From: Candidatus Woesearchaeota archaeon
GTDB taxonomy: Archaea > Nanobdellota > Nanobdellia > Woesearchaeales > JAZDKJ01
Direction of reading: 5' to 3'
Assembly: GCA_043803105.1 (NCBI GenBank)
Contig: JAZDKJ010000013.1
Coordinates: 32,001-96,000 of the forward strand
DNA: 64,000 nt
In this document: one piece after another, positions 28,126 through 37,955 of the stretch
Numbering within the stretch: the first letter of the stretch is position 1
How the letters are laid out: every line of letters begins with the position of its first letter
The notes under the pieces: model-generated
Told to the model about the DNA's origin: nothing
The model's database searches: none
Seen by the model: the letters and a program-made list of their open reading frames with translations, nothing else
Program-made: the position numbers and the translations under genes

Positions 28126-28836
28126 TCATCTTTTTGCCGTCAGGCGCCAAAGACGATATGTGAAATAGCTAACGTATGCAAAATAAAACAGAAGCTGGTA
28201 GACCCCAACCAAGATGAAAAAGATCAGCTTGTGGCCAAAGATGATGCCTACAGTAAGCAAAACATAAATGTTTGTTCTTGTGGGCACTGCCTGCTTGGCA
28301 AACCAAGATAACACGCTCTTTTTTGAGAACATCATGAACTTGACCTGGTTTCCCTTGGTAATCGGCTTGAAGGTATCACTAAAATAGACAACATCATTTG
28401 TTGAGGTGATAAGCAGCTTGACAACGAGAATCCCTGCAGTGAGTATCAGGATGTAAGGCTCTTGATAACGATAAAAAATCCCAATACCATACCCGGCATA
28501 AACGAAAACATCGACCCACTTGTCCGCGATAATGCCTTCAATCCACTCGCCAAGGACTGAAAAGCGATTAGTAAGCCTTGCAAGCGCACCGTCAAAATAA
28601 TCAGCAAACAGGGCAAGCTGCATGACAATAGCACCGTAGCCGAAATGACCCCTGTACAACAGCAGGCCAGCAACAAGCCCAACAAAAATTCCTGCAACAG
28701 TAATCATGTTAGGAGTAATAAAGGTGTTCCTGATGAGATAAACAAAAGAGAAGCCGATGAATCTGTAAACCTGCTGAAGCAGTTGCAGTTCTTTCTTGTT
28801 AGTGATTGACTGCTTGACAAATTTCTTGAAACTCAT
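28126..28836 (-). CDS. CDP-alcohol phosphotransferase
   Basis: Motifs TPNMIT and DYFDGALAR....G...E...D. Confidence 0.88.
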   Translation of the reverse strand: MSFKKFVKQSITNKKELQLLQQVYRFIGFSFVYLIRNTFITPNMITVAGIFVGLVAGLLLYRGHFGYGAIVMQLALFADYFDGALARLTNRFSVLGEWIEGIIADKWVDVFVYAGYGIGIFYRYQEPYILILTAGILVVKLLITSTNDVVYFSDTFKPITKGNQVKFMMFSKKSVLSWFAKQAVPTRTNIYVLLTVGIIFGHKLIFFILVGVYQLLFYFAYVSYFTYRLWRLTAKR

Positions 28837-28874
28837 ACTAAATCGTCTTTGGCAAATCTATTTAAAACTTTGGG

Positions 28875-30272
28875 TCAACCCTTCCTGAGGTGACGTAAAA
28901 GAGTCCAGCCCTTCTTTCCAACAGACATAACGAACGGCCGGGTCAACCTCGGCTTCCAAACTAGCCAGGCAAGATAACCCACAAAAGAACCAAATTCAAC
29001 CCTCATAAGGTACTTCATGACATACTCTTGGGCTAACTCAAAGGCATTTTGCCGTTCTTGCCTGCTGAAATCAGGGGTCTCAAAAATAGGCTTTGAATCC
29101 CACCTACTGGCATTATTCAAGTAATTGTCGGGCGAGCCTAGCAGGTTAGCATTCTTTCTTATCCAGGAAAAAAGCTCAGTATTCGGATAGGGAACAGCGT
29201 TGTAGAACCTTATCTCATCAAACGGGAGAGATAAGGCAAAATCCAAGGTCTTCCTGAAATTCATGAGGTTGTCTCCAGGCATTCCGATGATGAAGAAACC
29301 GCTAACATCCTTGATTCCGACCTTCTTGGCCAACCGCACAGCATCTTCAGCCATCTTCACTGTAATGCCTTTTTTCATCTTATTCAAGATGCCTTGGTCT
29401 GCTGACTCAACACCGAAAGCAATAAAGAAGCAGCCCGCGTTCTTCATCTTCCTCAATAAAACCTCATTTACCTTGTCAACCCTTATACCGTTCTTGAGGT
29501 CCCACTTTATCCTTAGCTTTCTTCTGAGTATCTCGTCACAGATGTTCTCTGCCCTTTTCATATCGTAAGTGAAGCAGTCATCAACAAAAGCAAAATAGCA
29601 GTAACCTTTCTTGTACCAGTATTCTATCTCATCAACAACATTTTTTGGGGAGCGTGCGCGGAATTTCATGCCCATGGTGAATCTCATGGTACAGTAGGTA
29701 CAGGCGTAAGGGCAACCACGTGAAGTAACCATGGAAATCTTCTTATCCATATATTTATCTAGCTCAAATAGCTCGAATGCAGGAAAAGGAATCTCATCAA
29801 GGTTCTCGATCAACGGCCTCGGCTTATTAGTGACTATTTTGTTCTTGTCCCTCCAAATCAAGCCTTTAATCTTTGAGCTTTTTTTACCGTTTGCAAGTTC
29901 CAGAAGAGTGAACTCGCCTTCACCAAGGCAGGCATAATCAGCCAAGGTGTCCTCAAGTATCTTAGCGCCTATTGTGGATGGATGGGGACCACCAACAATC
30001 ACTTTGTAACCATGCCTCTTCACCTTGTTAACAAGCTTGTATATGTTGAGGAACTCCCTGCTGGTCATGGTAATCGCGACAAGGTCTGGCTTGAAGTCAG
30101 AAAGACGCTTGAAGAGGTCTTCGTCAGTATAGTCAAGGCGCATATCAAGCACCTTTACAGTATGGCCATTATGTAGGAGAGTGGATGCAAGATAAGCAGT
30201 ACCGTTATGCGGGGAGCTGGGCTTGAGCAGCACATCACCCTTTGAATTTGGTACAACAAAAAAAACACGCAT
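28875..30272 (-). CDS. B12-binding radical SAM protein
   Basis: Motifs GGPHP, GEGE, SRGCPYACTYC, DD.F, GVES. Confidence 0.92.
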   Translation of the reverse strand: MRVFFVVPNSKGDVLLKPSSPHNGTAYLASTLLHNGHTVKVLDMRLDYTDEDLFKRLSDFKPDLVAITMTSREFLNIYKLVNKVKRHGYKVIVGGPHPSTIGAKILEDTLADYACLGEGEFTLLELANGKKSSKIKGLIWRDKNKIVTNKPRPLIENLDEIPFPAFELFELDKYMDKKISMVTSRGCPYACTYCTMRFTMGMKFRARSPKNVVDEIEYWYKKGYCYFAFVDDCFTYDMKRAENICDEILRRKLRIKWDLKNGIRVDKVNEVLLRKMKNAGCFFIAFGVESADQGILNKMKKGITVKMAEDAVRLAKKVGIKDVSGFFIIGMPGDNLMNFRKTLDFALSLPFDEIRFYNAVPYPNTELFSWIRKNANLLGSPDNYLNNASRWDSKPIFETPDFSRQERQNAFELAQEYVMKYLMRVEFGSFVGYLAWLVWKPRLTRPFVMSVGKKGWTLLRHLRKG

Positions 30273-30307
30273 CTTTTGACAAAACCTCTGAAGTTATTTA
30301 AACATTA

Positions 30308-31036
30308 CTAACAGGTCTGCGACCAACCCGAAAGATTGGAGACAAGACCATAGAGCAGGCCCTTCTTGGCCAATTGAGGAAAGATGTCACGTTCAAGAGA
30401 ACCAACCTTTTGCAGGTGCTGAAAAATGGCAGGTTCAAAAAGGTAGATGGCTGCATTAATCAAACCGGTCTTGGTCTTACCCTTATACTCAAAGGAAATA
30501 ACCCTGTCACATTCAAAGACAATGTTGTCTGTGGACTTGTCAAGGTCAACTGAGGTCAGGCACATGGTAGCGGTGCTGCATTTCTCCCTATGAAAGGAGA
30601 GCATCTTTGAGAGGTCAAAGTCAAACCTAATATCACCGGATACCACAAGAAATGTGGTTGTAAAATCTTTTTCCAGAGACTTTATCGCACCTGCATTGCC
30701 CAAGAGTTTCTCCTCATTAAGGTAGCTTAACCTGATGCCACGATAAGAAGAGCCAAGCATTGCAAAGACATCACTATTATGCGTTGCTGCGGCAATGACA
30801 ACCTCATGGACTGACTGCTCGAGAAGCTTGTCAAGGTAGTGCCTGAGCACCTTCTCGTCAATCAATGTAGCCTTTCCCAAGAGAATCACTGCTTTAGAAA
30901 TGGAGCCCTTGGCGAAGTATTCACGCAAAACCTTTTCGAACGCCTGACTCCTGTTCCTCACGAGAGAGGAGTCAACGAGACCATCAGCAAGCTTGAGCAG
31001 GTTGCTGCTGATCGAGATTGAAATCTTATCCTGCAT
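30308..31036 (-). CDS. RHH fused to a degenerate nucleotidyltransferase (putative regulator 2)
   Basis: KISISI..NRSQAFE; EE.LLGNAG, FLVVSGD, INAAIY, SLERDIFP; the glycine-rich loop is lost. Confidence 0.82.
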   Translation of the reverse strand: MQDKISISISSNLLKLADGLVDSSLVRNRSQAFEKVLREYFAKGSISKAVILLGKATLIDEKVLRHYLDKLLEQSVHEVVIAAATHNSDVFAMLGSSYRGIRLSYLNEEKLLGNAGAIKSLEKDFTTTFLVVSGDIRFDFDLSKMLSFHREKCSTATMCLTSVDLDKSTDNIVFECDRVISFEYKGKTKTGLINAAIYLFEPAIFQHLQKVGSLERDIFPQLAKKGLLYGLVSNLSGWSQTC

Positions 31037-31961
31037 TTTTCATCCACTTCAAAGTCTCGTAAGTATTGGGAGAGTTTGAGTAATCATCCTCAAATACCTC
31101 TGCAAGCACTCCAAGATTAGCTGGGGCACGCGAAACAATAGACTTGAAAAGCTTGGAAAGAAAGCTCTTGCTCCTTTCCCCCTTGCCAGGAGCATAGCCA
31201 TGCGACAGGCCCTTGAAGTCACTGAAATGAACGAAAGCAAGATCCTTCTTTAGACTAAGATAAGAGAAATCTTTATTCTTTTTCAACCCCTGGATTTCAT
31301 CAAAGTCCTCTGCATAAAACCCTTCAGGTAGTTCGGAGACTGTTCTTATGCCTGAGATTGCCTTGCAGAATATCCCAGAATGGCATGTATCAAAAGTAAA
31401 ACCCAAAGAAGGAACAGAGGAAAGGAAAAAATCTAAGTCAGAGGGAAGAGCACCAATATAGGATGAATGCAGGTTGTGGGGAGAAAGGCCGGGCATATTC
31501 TCAAAGGTGACCTTGGTGTCAAACGATGCTTTTCTTAAAATAGAAGCCATCCTTGACATTATTCTTTGCTTCTTCTTGTAAGTCATATGAAGCTTTAACC
31601 AATCCTTGGTGTAAGGATGGCTCAAATGCGAATTAACAAGCTCCAGCTCAATCGGAAAATGATTGGCAATCAATTGCAGGTTCTTAATCACCTTATTATT
31701 GAATTCGAGACTGCATCTTGTTAATGGAAGGTAAGGAGCATGAAATGCGTATAAAACCTTATCAAATAAAGGCTCGACTATGTCCTTGAATTCAAGAGCC
31801 CTTTTAGCCAATAGTGGAAATTGCTTCAACTCCGTATCATTGATGGCCATGAACTGAATTCCAATCTTCCTAAAGCCAAGGGACCTCACCTGCTTAGCCA
31901 GATTTGCCCTCCAGTCTACCTCATCTTTGACAAATAAATAAACAGGAAAATAAGGAATCAT
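31026..31961 (-). CDS. Xylose isomerase/AP endonuclease 2-like TIM-barrel protein
   Basis: Motifs FHAPY, FENMP, FDTCH, VHFSD, H, E. Confidence 0.7.
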   Translation of the reverse strand: MIPYFPVYLFVKDEVDWRANLAKQVRSLGFRKIGIQFMAINDTELKQFPLLAKRALEFKDIVEPLFDKVLYAFHAPYLPLTRCSLEFNNKVIKNLQLIANHFPIELELVNSHLSHPYTKDWLKLHMTYKKKQRIMSRMASILRKASFDTKVTFENMPGLSPHNLHSSYIGALPSDLDFFLSSVPSLGFTFDTCHSGIFCKAISGIRTVSELPEGFYAEDFDEIQGLKKNKDFSYLSLKKDLAFVHFSDFKGLSHGYAPGKGERSKSFLSKLFKSIVSRAPANLGVLAEVFEDDYSNSPNTYETLKWMKNAG

Positions 31962-32947
31962 TTTGGATGAGCCTCATACCAATCAAAGGTGAGCTTTAGG
32001 CCCTGTTCAATACCGGTCTTTGGAATCCAGCCCACAAGCTGCTTTATCTTTGAGATGTCTGCCAACCTTCGCTTCACACTACCTGTGAGGCCTTGCTTGA
32101 CATCAATTTTTTTCGGGGTCCAGCCAGTAAGCTGAAACATCTTTTTTGCAAGGTCAAGCATTGTTATCTCATCAGTGTTGCCAATGTGAACAGTCTCAAT
32201 TGGCTGAGAATCAGTCTTTTTGGAATCCATGAGCATCTGCATGGCCTCGACCGCATCGTCAATGTAGCAAAAAGTCCTCGTTTCATCAGAACCATAAACT
32301 GCAAATGGATCACCTTTTTGTATTATCCTCAAACAGAATTCCGGGATCACATGGTCGTAGCCTGCACGTGGGCCATAAAAATTGTGAGGCCTCACAATAA
32401 CAGCGGGGAAGTTGAAAGCCTTTGCATAGTGGATAACAAAGAGCTCTCCCACAAGCTTTGTTGATGCATAGCTCCAGCGCGCATTATATGGGTCGCTAAT
32501 CACAAGGGGAACCTTCTCTGGAGTGGGGATGGGCAATTTACCGAAGGACTCAAGGGCACTTGCATATGCCTCATTAGATGAGGTGAAACAAAGCTTTGGC
32601 TTGACCATAAGTGACTTAATCCACTCAAGGATATACACAAGAGTAAGTGTGTTTATGCGCAGAACCTCCTCAGGTATCTTGTAGAACAGCTTTGTGCCGT
32701 TTATTGCAGCAAGGTGATAAACATGCAAAAAGTCCTTATCAAGGGTTTCGTAGAAGGCCTGTTTGGTCAAGTCAGCCTCCATAAATTTCACCCTATCATT
32801 TTCAAGCAAGCCCCTGAAGTCATCATCCATCCTACCGCGCTGCAGATTGTCGACAATCACCAAATGATTATGTTTGTCCTTGAGCAGGTGAACTGCAAGA
32901 TGGTAACCAATAAATCCAGCACCGCCGGTAATCAGTATCTTCCTCAT
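31958..32947 (-). CDS. NAD-dependent nucleotide-sugar epimerase/decarboxylase (UXS/ArnA-like SDR)
   Basis: Motifs GGAGFIG, TSSNEAY, RWSYASTK, RPHNFYGP. Confidence 0.85.
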   Translation of the reverse strand: MRKILITGGAGFIGYHLAVHLLKDKHNHLVIVDNLQRGRMDDDFRGLLENDRVKFMEADLTKQAFYETLDKDFLHVYHLAAINGTKLFYKIPEEVLRINTLTLVYILEWIKSLMVKPKLCFTSSNEAYASALESFGKLPIPTPEKVPLVISDPYNARWSYASTKLVGELFVIHYAKAFNFPAVIVRPHNFYGPRAGYDHVIPEFCLRIIQKGDPFAVYGSDETRTFCYIDDAVEAMQMLMDSKKTDSQPIETVHIGNTDEITMLDLAKKMFQLTGWTPKKIDVKQGLTGSVKRRLADISKIKQLVGWIPKTGIEQGLKLTFDWYEAHPK

Positions 32948-34275
32948 TATCCCACCCCAATCCTGAAAAAATCAACATCCTTAGCATCCTTAACTTTGTC
33001 ATAGCCAATCACATTTCTCCAGGCATCTATAATCAGGCAGGGCTTATTGACGGAGGCGACGAGCTCTACAGCATCAACATTCATGATTCGGGGATGATTT
33101 GTCAGAAACATAACAACATTAGCATCCTTGACACAATCAGAAACTGAATCTTCACTCTTTATAGAGCCAATATTCTTGACCAATGGATCGAAATGGCGGA
33201 ACTGTACATCAGAGACTTTCTTTAAAAGCTGCTCAGCGATTTTCACTGCAGGAGAACCACGAACATCATCTGTTTCTGGAAATCCCTTAAAGGCCAGTCC
33301 AACCAAAGAAACCTTTGGATTCTTCAAGCTGTGTTTCCTTATAAAATCCTCTGCAATGGAGGCAAGCCTTAGGGTGGACTCGCGATTGGTGGAAATGCAA
33401 CCATTGGCGATCTGAGGCATTAGATTATATTTATGGGCAGTGTACCTAAAGATCATTGGATCCTTTGAAAGGCAGGGGCCATCAGCACCAAGCCCTGGCC
33501 TGAAAAGATTTGTCCGGGCGTAAGCATCATTCACCGATGAAACAACCTCGTGGGCGTTAATACCAATCTTTTCACAGAGCATTCCAACTTCGTTTGCAAA
33601 TGCAATGTTTGTTGCCCTATAGAAATTATCAACCAGCTTACACATTTCGGCAACCCTTGGTGAAGACACGATGACAACTTTGCTACCTAACTTCATAATA
33701 AATTCTGCAGCCATGCGGGCACTCTTGGCATCAACCCCGCCGACAATCTTGGGCAAGTTATACAGCTCATGCAAGGCTAAGCCTTCGATTGTGCGTTCAG
33801 GACAGAAAGCGAGGAAAAAATCCTCGCCAGCCTTAAGGGCAGAGAGCTTTTCAAGCCTTGGCAGGACATATTCTTCAGTCGTGCCCAGGATCACTGTTGA
33901 TTTCAAGACAACAACATGGCCTTTTTTCAAGTGCGGACCAATGGAGGCTATGGCTGAATCAATGTAACGATAATCGGGCTCGTCGTTTTCCTTTAAGGGC
34001 GTGCCGACAGTAATAAAGACAGCCTCACATTTGGAGAGTGCGTACGAATAGTCTGTTGTGAACTCGATGCAATCCCTGCATTTTGCCAGAATATCGTTGA
34101 CGCCTGGCTCATAAATGTCAGTAGCATAATCCCTGGAAAGTGAGGCCACCTTACGAGGGTCAATATCAACACCTATAACCCTGAAGCCTACGTTAGCAAG
34201 GGCGGCAGTAAATGGGATACCTATATAACCCAGACCAACCACAGCAACTGTCTTCTTTTTGTTATCCAAAGTCAT
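32947..34275 (-). CDS. UDP-N-acetylhexosamine 6-dehydrogenase (WecC/WbpA-like)
   Basis: Motifs GLGYIG, VGTP, CPER, K..DN..R..NIA.ANE, GPCLSKDP. Confidence 0.88.
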   Translation of the reverse strand: MTLDNKKKTVAVVGLGYIGIPFTAALANVGFRVIGVDIDPRKVASLSRDYATDIYEPGVNDILAKCRDCIEFTTDYSYALSKCEAVFITVGTPLKENDEPDYRYIDSAIASIGPHLKKGHVVVLKSTVILGTTEEYVLPRLEKLSALKAGEDFFLAFCPERTIEGLALHELYNLPKIVGGVDAKSARMAAEFIMKLGSKVVIVSSPRVAEMCKLVDNFYRATNIAFANEVGMLCEKIGINAHEVVSSVNDAYARTNLFRPGLGADGPCLSKDPMIFRYTAHKYNLMPQIANGCISTNRESTLRLASIAEDFIRKHSLKNPKVSLVGLAFKGFPETDDVRGSPAVKIAEQLLKKVSDVQFRHFDPLVKNIGSIKSEDSVSDCVKDANVVMFLTNHPRIMNVDAVELVASVNKPCLIIDAWRNVIGYDKVKDAKDVDFFRIGVG

Positions 34276-34280
34276 CACTT

Positions 34281-34318
34281 TCCTACTTTTTCTTACCAAG
34301 TAAGAAATAGTATTTAAA
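34281..34318. promoter_or_regulatory. Putative operator TTTCTTAC-caa-GTAAGAAA plus an extra AGTAGGA half-site between the TATA box and start codon
   Basis: Perfect 8-bp inverted repeat at 34289-34307; half-site at 34281-34287; TATA at 34311-34318. Confidence 0.6.
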
Positions 34319-34382
34319 TCCTTCGGTTTTTGCAATTGTCTCATTTGCAAACTTTTTTATAGGCGTGGACAAACCCAAAAAG

Positions 34383-35480
34383 ATGAACATACCAGTAGCT
34401 AACGTGACAGTGGGTTCGGAAGAGGCGAAAGCTGTCAGTGATGTAGTAAATTCTGGATGGCTATCTATGGGTAAGATAGTCAAAGAATTCGAGGAATCCT
34501 TCTCAAAAAAAGTTAAGGCAAGGCATTCAATTGCTGTAAACAACGGAACAGCAGCACTTCACGTTGCACTCGCTGCTTTGGGGATAAAGGCCGGAGACGA
34601 GGTAATAATACCTTCACTCACCTTCATCTCAACGGCAAACGCGGTATTGTATCAAAACGCAAAGCCGGTATTAGTAGAGTGCGACCCAGAAACGTATAAT
34701 ATCACAGCAGAAATCATCGAGAGTGCGATAACAAAAAAAACCAGGGCAATAATCCCGGTAGACATGAATGGAATGCCGTGCGACTATGACCAAATCATAG
34801 AAGTGGCAGAAAGGCATGGCATACCTTTGGTGTGGGACAGCGCAGAAAGCCTGGGCGCAATGTACAAAAACAGGGATGTTGGCTCTATAGCAGACATACA
34901 CATTTTCAGCTTTTTCCCGAACAAGAATGTCACAACAGGAGAGGGTGGAATGATTTGTACAAGGGATGACAAACTCAACGAAAAAATTAGGGTGCTAAGA
35001 AATCAAGGGCAGGACTACAGGTATCACCACATAGAAATCGGGTTCAACTACAGGATGACTGAAGTTGCTGCAGCTATAGGAATAGAGCAGTTAAAAAAAC
35101 TGGACAAAACAGTGGAAGACAAGCAAAGGATTGCTGAAATTTATAACAAGGCCTTTGCCAAAACAAGGCTGGTACATGCCCCTTTTGTGCCTGATTACGT
35201 TAGCGCACATTCATGGTATATGTACGCAATCAAGGTTGACAAAGACAGGGATGCGATTGTTGAAAAGCTAAAGCAAAAGGGAATAGACACAAGGCTTTCA
35301 TTCCCGCCAATACACAGCCAGCTTATCTACATGAAAAAATATGGATTCAGAGAAGATAGCTTGCCTGTAACTTGGAGGGCCTGGAAACAGCTGATAGACA
35401 TCCCAATCTGGCCGGGCCTGGATGCACAAAAACAAAAATACATTATCGAAACACTTCTTGAACAATGCGAAGAAAAATAG
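34383..35480 (+). CDS. DegT/DnrJ/EryC1/StrS sugar aminotransferase
   Basis: Motifs NNGTAALH, GDEVI, DSAE, FSFFPNKNVTTGEGG, GFNYRM. Confidence 0.93.
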   Translation: MNIPVANVTVGSEEAKAVSDVVNSGWLSMGKIVKEFEESFSKKVKARHSIAVNNGTAALHVALAALGIKAGDEVIIPSLTFISTANAVLYQNAKPVLVECDPETYNITAEIIESAITKKTRAIIPVDMNGMPCDYDQIIEVAERHGIPLVWDSAESLGAMYKNRDVGSIADIHIFSFFPNKNVTTGEGGMICTRDDKLNEKIRVLRNQGQDYRYHHIEIGFNYRMTEVAAAIGIEQLKKLDKTVEDKQRIAEIYNKAFAKTRLVHAPFVPDYVSAHSWYMYAIKVDKDRDAIVEKLKQKGIDTRLSFPPIHSQLIYMKKYGFREDSLPVTWRAWKQLIDIPIWPGLDAQKQKYIIETLLEQCEEK

Positions 35481-36604
35481 CAGTAATAGGACCTGTTTAT
35501 CCATTGCGCGGAGGCATTGCGCACTCGAATACACTATTGTGCGAGAACCTAAGCAATGGGCATGATTTGTATGCAGTATCATTCAAGAGGCTGTATCCAG
35601 AGTTCTTGTATCCTGGGAAGAGCCAGAAATATGAATCAAAGAGGCAACTGGGCTTTGAACCAGACTTTTGCATAGACTCATTAAACCCATTCAACTGGAT
35701 AAAAACGTTCAATCGGATCAGAAAATTCAAGCCACAACTGGTAATATTGCAGTGGTGGACACCATTCTTTGCACCATTATCATACACTATACTTGTGTTG
35801 ACAAGATGGTTCACAAACGCGAAGAGCTGCATCATCTGCGCAAACGTAACACAACACGAAGACAAATTAGTGGACAAAATGCTCACAATGATAGTGTTTA
35901 GGCGGGCTGACTACTTTATAACGTTAGCAGATGGCGACTTGAAGAAACTTAAAAAATGGTATCCTAAAGCAAAGGCAAGGGTGCTAATCGAACCAACCTT
36001 TGACTCAATATTCAACTTAGGGGCAGTCAGCAAGGAGGCTGCGCAAAAAAAGCTGAAACTTGCAAAGAGAACAATACTCTTCTTCGGGTTTGTAAGAGAA
36101 TACAAGGGACTGGATTATCTGCTTGAAGCAATGCCACTAATAAACACAGAGCTGGACGTTGACCTGGTCATCGCTGGCGAGTTCTGGAATGACAAGCAAA
36201 AGTATCTTGATAAGATAAGCACACTGAAAATCAAGGACAAAGTGAAGATTTTTGACAACTATATCCCAGATGAGGAAGTGGGATTATATTTTAGCGCTGC
36301 AGACATGGTCATATTACCTTACCTGGATGCATCGCAATCAGGCATAATGCAAATAGCGATAGGCGCGCTAAAACCTACTGTCACGACAAACGTGGGCGCG
36401 ATAGATGACTTTGTGGACCATGGGAAGACCGGATATGTAATCCCTCCGAAAGACCCTCAGGCAATTGCAAAAGCAGTGCTAAGGTTCTACAAAGAAAAGA
36501 AAGAGAAAAAATTTGAGCAGAACATACGACAAAAAAAGAAAATGTTCGAGTGGAGCAAGAAAAAGGAGTCGATACTGTTTTTTGGGCTAAATGGCAAGAA
36601 TTAA
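35465..36604 (+). CDS. GT4 glycosyltransferase
   Basis: Motifs RGGIA, FFGFVREYKG, LPY..ASQSG. Confidence 0.9.
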   Translation: MRRKIAVIGPVYPLRGGIAHSNTLLCENLSNGHDLYAVSFKRLYPEFLYPGKSQKYESKRQLGFEPDFCIDSLNPFNWIKTFNRIRKFKPQLVILQWWTPFFAPLSYTILVLTRWFTNAKSCIICANVTQHEDKLVDKMLTMIVFRRADYFITLADGDLKKLKKWYPKAKARVLIEPTFDSIFNLGAVSKEAAQKKLKLAKRTILFFGFVREYKGLDYLLEAMPLINTELDVDLVIAGEFWNDKQKYLDKISTLKIKDKVKIFDNYIPDEEVGLYFSAADMVILPYLDASQSGIMQIAIGALKPTVTTNVGAIDDFVDHGKTGYVIPPKDPQAIAKAVLRFYKEKKEKKFEQNIRQKKKMFEWSKKKESILFFGLNGKN

Positions 36605-37922
36605 TCTAATAAATTGTGATTGGAAAAGCTACACAGGAAAGTCAAGACTAAATGTCAATCCTTTCCAACCGCTAGAATTATGTTATCTTTCCGCAATATT
36701 GAGAAAAGAGGGTTATCAAACCAAAATAACTGACCTAAACCTTGAGCCTAGCAAGGAAATCACAGAAGCAGAATACTATATCATTACAAGCTCGCCAGCA
36801 TATGTCTTCTGGAGATGCGCTCCCTTGACTGTGCAAGTGCCTTTAACAACAGCGCAGAGAATAAAAAAACTCTACCCCAAGTCAAGGACTGTTTTGATAG
36901 GGCCGCATGGAAGCGTAGATGATACACTTATCAAAAACAAACATATTGATGCCGTAATCAGGGGAGAACCAGAGTTCATCTGTTCAAAGGTGCTTAAAAA
37001 AATGGGAGCTGGCAAGATAATTTCTGAAATCGGGATAGTGGAAAGGCTTGACGAGCTTCCTTTCCCGGACTATGATAAGAAGACGATGCACAAATACTCT
37101 GCCTTTAATTTCCCTGGAAAAGGAAGGCCACGAATGCCGGTGCTGTACGAAACATCAAGGGGCTGCCCTTACAATTGCACATACTGCTTCAAAACAAAAT
37201 TTCGCAACAAGTACAGGAGAAAATCTGCGAACAAAATCGTAAAGGAACTGGCACGGCTACAAAATGAGTACGGAGTTGACTACGTATTTTTCATCGACGA
37301 GAATGCAACAGCCAATATTAAGGAAGCAAAGGCACTGATGAGGCAAATCATTGACAGAAAGCTGAAGATAAAATGGTCTTGCGAAACGGGGCTAATGTAC
37401 GTGGACAAGGAACTCCTCAAGTTAATGCAAAAGGCAGGATGCACCGGGATAGAGTATGGTGTTGAATCAGGGTCAGAGATAATACTTAAGAATCTAAACA
37501 AGCCGCAGAACCTGGACATCGCAGCAAGAAACATACAATTGACTATAGAAGCTGGAATCAAGCCATGGCTTTTTTTCATTGTGGGAAGCCCTGGCGAGAA
37601 CTTTTCGACCATAATGGAGAGCGTGAGATTCTTAAGAAGGATAGACCTAAGCAAGGTGCGCTTCTCAGCAGATGTGCCATACCCATACCCAACAACCAAA
37701 TTGTATGAAACAGCAGTCCTGGAAGGAAAGGCAAGCAGTAACAAGATAGACTGGGAATCAATGCTTGAAATAGCAGGAACTGTCGGCAATAAGCTAAGCA
37801 AGGCAAGGGTCAGAATGTACAAGGTGCTTTTCCTAGCTTTCCTTGCTGCCAGCACACCAGGGTGGTCAATACCTTATGTATTAAGGAGCCCAATCAAGAT
37901 AGCCAAGAGAGTGTTTGGCTAA
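36591..37922 (+). CDS. B12-binding radical SAM protein
   Basis: Motifs GPHG, GEPE, SRGCPYNCTYC, GVESG. Confidence 0.9.
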   Translation: MARINLINCDWKSYTGKSRLNVNPFQPLELCYLSAILRKEGYQTKITDLNLEPSKEITEAEYYIITSSPAYVFWRCAPLTVQVPLTTAQRIKKLYPKSRTVLIGPHGSVDDTLIKNKHIDAVIRGEPEFICSKVLKKMGAGKIISEIGIVERLDELPFPDYDKKTMHKYSAFNFPGKGRPRMPVLYETSRGCPYNCTYCFKTKFRNKYRRKSANKIVKELARLQNEYGVDYVFFIDENATANIKEAKALMRQIIDRKLKIKWSCETGLMYVDKELLKLMQKAGCTGIEYGVESGSEIILKNLNKPQNLDIAARNIQLTIEAGIKPWLFFIVGSPGENFSTIMESVRFLRRIDLSKVRFSADVPYPYPTTKLYETAVLEGKASSNKIDWESMLEIAGTVGNKLSKARVRMYKVLFLAFLAASTPGWSIPYVLRSPIKIAKRVFG

Positions 37923-37955
37923 GGCTTAAATAACCCGACAAATACTCTCGAGCAC

